From NCBI GenBank assembly GCA_051893755.1, contig JBJFHQ010000370.1, forward strand, positions 1 to 30,212: DNA of 30,212 nucleotides. The letters are read 5' to 3'. Below, one piece after another: positions 25,929 to 30,212 of this stretch. The stretch is from Oscillospiraceae bacterium. GTDB taxonomy: Bacteria; Bacillota; Clostridia; Oscillospirales; Ruminococcaceae. Both the position numbers and the translations under genes were made by a program. Each line of letters begins with the position of its first letter. The stretch's first letter is position 1. Under the pieces are notes generated by a model. It was not told where the DNA came from, made no database searches, and saw only the letters and a list, made by a program, of their open reading frames with translations.

Positions 25929-26888
25929 TCATTTTACAGATATGTTAAGCAAAACCAACGCAGCAGCTGCGCAGATAAGCGAAAATATGAAATATCTGAG
26001 TATCACCGCCGCAGTGTTTTTTGCTCCGTATGACGTATTCCTGTTCCTGCGAAGTCCCAACAGACCGCATATCCCGTCGAAAAGCACAGGTATCAGCATT
26101 ATCAGCATATATACCGCTTTTCCCGAGGATACCGTCATAACTGCCGCTCCGAACCCCATCAGCATCGAGCCGCATCGTCCTCCGAGGATCTTCACCGAGG
26201 GATAATTCCACACCAGAAAGCCCATAGCACTGCCTGCCGAGGCTGCCGACAATATGCCAAATTCGCTCATGGACAGTCCCGCGAATACCGACATAGCGCC
26301 TATGGAAAACACCGCATATACCGATGCTGCCGCTCCCGCCTGCCTATCCGTTTCGGAAAAGCAGCCGCATATGACAGTCATCACTGCCGTCATTATCGGA
26401 TAATACGCCGCTCCAAGCTCGAGCTTTCCCGCAAAGGGGATATCTGTCGACGTATCTGTATCGCCTTTTATAAAGAGTATGATAAGAAACGCCGCCGATA
26501 ATATCAGCTGACCGAGGATAATATATTTTTCGGGTATACCACCTTTTTTTCCTCTGCTCCGGAGCAGGTCGCTGTAAAATCCAACTGCCGCCGCCGCGAG
26601 CATCATCAGCTGTCCGATAAAGTAAGGAAAGGCATTTTCCGAATGTGGTCCGAGGCTGTCCGAGAAAAATCTCATGGTGAGAAAGCCAGCCGCCGAGGAA
26701 ATGAATATCCCTGCGCAGAGCATCGCTCCGCCGCTTATGGGGAGCTTTTCTCCCGAGCTGTCCCTTTCCGCTCCGTCGGTGATGAAGCGCAGCTTTTTCA
26801 GCAGGGGAAGCAGATAGTTCCCTATGAGAAAGGTCACGCACAGCCCGATAAGCGCAGTCAGAACATTTATCCAGAGACCCTTATACAT
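25929..26888 (-). CDS. MraY-like (glycosyltransferase family 4) membrane protein with degenerate catalytic motifs
   Basis: 319 aa, multiple TM helices, mraY slot after murF; vestigial motifs LPISGG, VGFYSD, SETDRQAG, GFLVWNYPSVKILGGRCGS; own SD GGAG and 8-nt overlap with murF stop. Confidence 0.8.
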   Translation of the reverse strand: MYKGLWINVLTALIGLCVTFLIGNYLLPLLKKLRFITDGAERDSSGEKLPISGGAMLCAGIFISSAAGFLTMRFFSDSLGPHSENAFPYFIGQLMMLAAAAVGFYSDLLRSRGKKGGIPEKYIILGQLILSAAFLIILFIKGDTDTSTDIPFAGKLELGAAYYPIMTAVMTVICGCFSETDRQAGAAASVYAVFSIGAMSVFAGLSMSEFGILSAASAGSAMGFLVWNYPSVKILGGRCGSMLMGFGAAVMTVSSGKAVYMLIMLIPVLFDGICGLLGLRRNRNTSYGAKNTAAVILRYFIFSLICAAAALVLLNISVK

Positions 26889-29781
26889 TTTCTCCGTAAA
26901 GCTCCGTGATGACCGTTTCCAGCTTCATCGCCCTGCTGCCCTTGAACAGTATGACATCGCCCTCGTGAGTGTTCATCTTGAGGAAATCGGACAAAGCCGC
27001 CGTGCTGTCGGTATGCGCCGACTGAATACCTGACGCCTTTGCGCTTTCTGCGGCATATTTTGCAAATTTTCCGTAGCATACAAGCAGGTCTATCTGCTTT
27101 TCCGCCGCATATTTTCCAATCTCACGGTGGAGCCTCTCGGACATATCTCCGAGCTCCAGCATATCTCCGAATACGCAGATACGCTTTCCGTTCTCATCGG
27201 GCTTCTTAACGGAGCAGAGAACGTCTATCGCCGCTTTCATTGAAACGGGCGCTGCGTTGTAGCAGTCAACTATGATCTTCTGACCGTTTTTTTCTATAAT
27301 GTGCTGTCTGAGACCTGTCGGAGCATAGCTCTTCAGAGCATTTGCCGCATCAATGATCGAACACCCCGCCAGCTGAGCAGCTACTGCCGCAAGGAGAGCG
27401 TCGATTATATAATGCTTACCTGTGACGGGCAGCTCACAATGAGCGCAGATAAGTCCGCTGTGAGCAATATCGAATTCAACTCTGTTCTCGTCGGAAATTA
27501 TATTGACCGCCCGATAATCGGCATTGTGATTATCAATGCCGCAGGTTATCACCTTGTGACCGTTAACGCCGTTTCTGAGCGCATAAAGATAATGATCGTC
27601 ACCGTTTACTATAAGAGGAGCATCACTCTTTGCTCCGTCAAGTATCTCAAGCTTAGCCTTTAAAATACCCTGCTTTGAGCCCAGGTTTTCGATATGAGAG
27701 TAGCCGATATTGGTGATAACGCAGATATCGGGCTTTGCTGCCTTTGACAGCACGCTTATCTCGCCCGAGTGGGACATTCCCATTTCAATAACTGCCGCCT
27801 GTATTCCGGAATTGAGCCTGAACAGGGTAAAGGGCAGTCCTATATCATTATTGCGGTTGCCCTCGGTCTTCATGGTAACAAACTCCGAGGAGAGCGCACA
27901 GCTTAAAAATTCCTTTGAGGTAGTCTTTCCCACGCTGCCTGTCACTCCCACCACAACAGGGGAGAATTTCCGTCTGAAATGTCCTGCCAGCTCAAGGAGT
28001 GCCTTTCTGGTATCGGAAACCACGATGCAGGGCGTATTTTTGACGATGCGGCTGGTCACAGCGCATACCGCACCCAGCTCGTTGACCGCCTTTTCGGCGA
28101 AGGTGTTGCCGTCGAAGCTTTCGCCCTTGATGCCGAAAAACAGTGCGCCTTTTTTGATAGTCCGCGTATCGGAGCTTATCTCACCCGCGAAGACCACAGT
28201 ATTCGGTGAATAATTCATTCCGAAGGGCTTTCCGTTCACAGTCCTGCAGATCTCGTCGAGAGTGAGAGACTCCTTCTTCTGCGGAGCGCCCTTTGCAGCA
28301 GTGCCGAACGCTTTTTTCAGACATTCTGCCACAACTTCACGCTCGTCGAAATGGATATGCTTTCCGTCCGCCAGTATCTGATAATCCTCATGACCCTTAC
28401 CCGCAAGAACGAGGACATCGTTCTTTTTTGCTATTTTAATGCCGTGGAGGATAGCCTCCTTACGGTCTGCTATCCTGTCGTAGGATGTATTTTCGGAAAA
28501 GCCTGCAATTATATCGTCGATGATAGCCTCGGGGTCCTCGTTTCTTGGATTATCCGAGGTAACTATGATATGGTCCGCATATTTTTCCACAGCCTTTGCC
28601 ATAAGGGGACGCTTTGTCCTGTCGCGGTCCCCGCCGCAGCCGAACAGGCAGATAAGTCTGCCCTTGGTATTTTCCCTGACTCCGGGGAGCATTTTCTCCA
28701 ATGCGTCGGGGGAGTGAGCATAATCGCACACCACTGTAAAATCACGTCCCGTGGGGATTATCTCGCATCTTCCGCGGACTCCGCCGAATTTAGCCATTGC
28801 CGCCGCAGTATCCTTGACGGGCATGCCCAGCTTCAGGCAGACAGCAATTGCCGCCGCCGCATTGAGGACGTTGAATCCGCCCACCATATTCAGCGTTACG
28901 GGACATGCCGTGGTATTTTCCCCGCCCTGAACATATATCCAGAATTTCATGCCGTTTCCGCCGGGAGCAACGTTGTCCGCATACACGGAATAGCCCTTTC
29001 CGATACCGTAGGAATACTTCTCGCAGGAAATTTCGGAGAAAAGTCTGTCTCCGTAGGGGTCAGTTCTGTTGATAATGGCAATATCGCAGCTTTCGGTGAA
29101 AAGCCTTTTCTTTGCCTTATAGTAGTTTTCCATGGTCTTATGATAATCGAGATGATCCTGAGTAAGATTCGTAAACACGCCGATCTTAAATCTTGCAGGA
29201 CCTATCCTGTTCTGTTCCAGTGCAAAGGATGTGACCTCCATTACCACATAATCGCAGCCCGCCTTTGCCATGCGGTCGAATATCCCGAAAAGCTCAAAAA
29301 CTCTGGGAGTAGTGGGAGTAGAGTCGTCCCTGTCGATCATCTTCCCGCAGATAAAAGCCCCCGTAGTGCCGATAAGCCCCACCTTTTTATGACGATATTC
29401 AAGCATAGCGGTTATCATGGAGGTCATAGTAGTTTTTCCGTTAGTGCCCGTAACGCCGATAAGGGTCATTTTCTTTTCGGGGTGACCGAACCACGCAGCG
29501 CAGAGAGACCCGTAAAAACGTCTTGAATCGGAAACGATTATCTGTTTGTCACCGAGACCCACATCATGCTCTGCAACAACGCACACTGCGCCCATGGCGA
29601 TCATTTCCGCCGCAGCGTTATGACCGTCGAAATTTTCTCCCTTTACGCACACGAAGATCATATCGGGATCAAGCTTTCTCGTATCATCGGTGATACCTGT
29701 GATATCCGCCGACATATCGAGCCCCTTAGCGGAGTAAGGCATATATTTTCCCGCGTCATTTAAAAGCTGTTCTAATTTCAT
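26881..29781 (-). CDS. murEF: Bifunctional MurE-MurF fusion ligase
   Basis: 966 aa with two Mur ligase units: aa 1-490 MurE (GVTGTNGKTT, TQDHLDYH, DYAH, DNPR, GKGHE) and aa 506-966 MurF (GVTGSVGKTT, EMGMSH, DCYNAA, GDMLELG, KGSR); continuous frame. Confidence 0.96.
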   Translation of the reverse strand: MKLEQLLNDAGKYMPYSAKGLDMSADITGITDDTRKLDPDMIFVCVKGENFDGHNAAAEMIAMGAVCVVAEHDVGLGDKQIIVSDSRRFYGSLCAAWFGHPEKKMTLIGVTGTNGKTTMTSMITAMLEYRHKKVGLIGTTGAFICGKMIDRDDSTPTTPRVFELFGIFDRMAKAGCDYVVMEVTSFALEQNRIGPARFKIGVFTNLTQDHLDYHKTMENYYKAKKRLFTESCDIAIINRTDPYGDRLFSEISCEKYSYGIGKGYSVYADNVAPGGNGMKFWIYVQGGENTTACPVTLNMVGGFNVLNAAAAIAVCLKLGMPVKDTAAAMAKFGGVRGRCEIIPTGRDFTVVCDYAHSPDALEKMLPGVRENTKGRLICLFGCGGDRDRTKRPLMAKAVEKYADHIIVTSDNPRNEDPEAIIDDIIAGFSENTSYDRIADRKEAILHGIKIAKKNDVLVLAGKGHEDYQILADGKHIHFDEREVVAECLKKAFGTAAKGAPQKKESLTLDEICRTVNGKPFGMNYSPNTVVFAGEISSDTRTIKKGALFFGIKGESFDGNTFAEKAVNELGAVCAVTSRIVKNTPCIVVSDTRKALLELAGHFRRKFSPVVVGVTGSVGKTTSKEFLSCALSSEFVTMKTEGNRNNDIGLPFTLFRLNSGIQAAVIEMGMSHSGEISVLSKAAKPDICVITNIGYSHIENLGSKQGILKAKLEILDGAKSDAPLIVNGDDHYLYALRNGVNGHKVITCGIDNHNADYRAVNIISDENRVEFDIAHSGLICAHCELPVTGKHYIIDALLAAVAAQLAGCSIIDAANALKSYAPTGLRQHIIEKNGQKIIVDCYNAAPVSMKAAIDVLCSVKKPDENGKRICVFGDMLELGDMSERLHREIGKYAAEKQIDLLVCYGKFAKYAAESAKASGIQSAHTDSTAALSDFLKMNTHEGDVILFKGSRAMKLETVITELYGENV

Positions 29782-29841
29782 TTTCTGACACCTCGTTGAA
29801 TCCTTTTATTTATGAGCTGTTCTGTTTTTGGTAAAGTGCTT

Positions 29842-29937
29842 TTGGATTTTGACTTTTTGGTTACATACGAGCAATTGTTTGCTTACGGCTTAGTCCTTGT
29901 TGGATTCGGGCTTTGCGGTTACATAAGAGTAATTGTT
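29842..29937. repeat. Degenerate tandem direct repeat (2 x 38 nt, period 58)
   Basis: 29842-29879 vs 29900-29937: 31/38 identical, core GGTTACATAmGAGyAATTGTT 19/21. Confidence 0.75.
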
Positions 29938-29992
29938 CGTTTTCGGCGGAGCAGAGTTCCGCGCATTTAAGACGCTTCGCTGTTAAATGCAG

Positions 29993-30074
29993 CGCCGCCC
30001 GTGATTTGCTTAAAGTTCGTATATATTTATTGTGAGTTTTCTGCCTTCCGTGATTTTTTCGGTCACGGGCGGCG
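29993..30074. repeat. 12-bp perfect inverted repeat
   Basis: CGCCGCCCGTGA (29993-30004) / TCACGGGCGGCG (30063-30074). Confidence 0.75.
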
Positions 30075-30141
30075 TTTATAATCGTTCGTTGCTTCGGCTT
30101 CGGTGGGGAGCATCGCTGTTTTACGACCCGGTGGGGGTATT

Positions 30142-30205
30142 TCGCCGCGTGCGCGCGGCGACCAAAGGACTCCGCCCTTTGGAAACTCGCAGCCTTGAAA
30201 GGCTG
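30142..30205. repeat. Triple-hairpin REP-like element (may be truncated by the window end)
   Basis: TCGCCGCG-tgcg-CGCGGCGA, CCAAAGG-actccgc-CCTTTGG and CAGCCT-tgaa-AGGCTG, nearly back to back. Confidence 0.6.
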
Positions 30206-30212
30206 GCGAACT

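Noticed and set aside
28351-29526. 391-aa plus-strand ORF
   Set aside because: Antisense shadow of the MurE half with no family features.
29842-29937. CRISPR array
   Set aside because: Only two degenerate copies, a 20-nt spacer, and no cas genes in the window.
30077-30082. Plus-strand TATAAT promoter
   Set aside because: No -35 or extended -10, and no visible downstream gene.

Overview
A 30 kb, roughly 50% GC window from a Clostridia-type bacterium (Oscillospiraceae/Ruminococcaceae-like by inference). All real genes are on the minus strand. In transcription order it holds a peptidoglycan cluster (murE-murF in-frame fusion, a degenerate mraY-like gene, ftsW/spoVE, murG, terminator) followed by the large flagellar basal-body/hook operon: flgB flgC fliE fliF fliG fliH fliI fliJ fliK flgD TIGR02530-like flgE flbD motA motB fliM fliY cheY fliO fliP fliQ fliR flhB flhA. 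Gene order is mostly canonical, but several parts are unusual. The MraY homologue is full length yet has lost essentially every catalytic motif. MurE and MurF are fused, and murD is absent from its usual slot. FlgD is 598 aa, with a duplicated Tudor-like module and an unrecognised C-terminal domain. FlbD is a tandem two-domain protein, and FliY carries two internal CheY-binding (EIDAL-like) motifs. fliL is missing, and motB is split from motA by its own sigmaA-like promoter and an RBS-occluding hairpin. Competing RNA hairpins lie between flgE and flbD, and a repeat/hairpin-rich non-coding region lies at the right end. All family assignments come from motif recognition by eye; no database search was run.
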